Made by a program: the position numbers and the translations under genes
Source: Eledone cirrhosa
Taxonomy: Eukaryota
DNA: 64,000 bases
Reading direction: 5' to 3'
NCBI GenBank assembly: GCA_964016885.1
Contig: OZ024740.1
Location: 407,526,001-407,590,000, forward strand
Part shown: one piece after another, positions 63,621 through 64,000 of the stretch
Layout of the letters: each line of letters starts with the position of its first letter
How positions within the stretch are numbered: position 1 is the first letter of the stretch
The notes under the pieces: generated by a model
What the model was told of the DNA's origin: nothing
The model's input: only the letters and a program-made list of their open reading frames with translations
Databases searched by the model: none

Positions 63621-64000
63621 GTAAAGAAATTTATATAGATTGGTGGAAATAAACCAGGTACACAAGAAATATTAACATAGCAAATAAGTATTGGTCATAA
63701 ATCTAATGTATACATTGGACCCAGTCTGTATGAACCTATTCCAGTAAGACTACTGCAATATTAACATCATAACTAAATAAGCATCTGAAAAAAGTATGCG
63801 GATATGTTGACCAATTTCTGATCAACAAGACTAAAGTGTGACAATATAGAAAGAATATGGTCATGGTCTAGTTGGATTACAATGTGTTTAATTCTGTTAC
63901 CTTTATATAGTTCATAGGTTTCCTATTTTGTTAAACATCCAGAAACAATAGTCAGAGTCCAAGATGATCTGACTTCACACTGGTAAGTGATGTCGATATT

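Overview
AT-rich animal genomic DNA dominated by repeats. The (TA)n/(CAT)n tracts and RTE/SINE families resemble coleoid cephalopod (Octopus-like) DNA; this is an inference. Contents: a nearly full-length Tx1/L1-clade LINE at the left edge and an old relative at the right edge; at least seven large RTE-clade LINE copies in three subfamilies, each with a PHD finger inside ORF2; a CR1/L2 fragment; a hAT remnant; piggyBac- and mariner-type MITEs; two SINE families; and small phase-compatible exons of an unidentified minus-strand host gene. Two observations stand out. (1) Several short elements sit inside (TA)n tracts and carry minimal type I hammerhead ribozyme motifs of the Penelope-like (PLE) kind. 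Many have been converted into long fold-back palindromes centred on or next to the ribozyme. (2) A full-length U1 snRNA variant is fused through an A5 linker to an RTE 3' tail, like a SINEU chimera. All calls were made by eye; no searches or folding programs were run.
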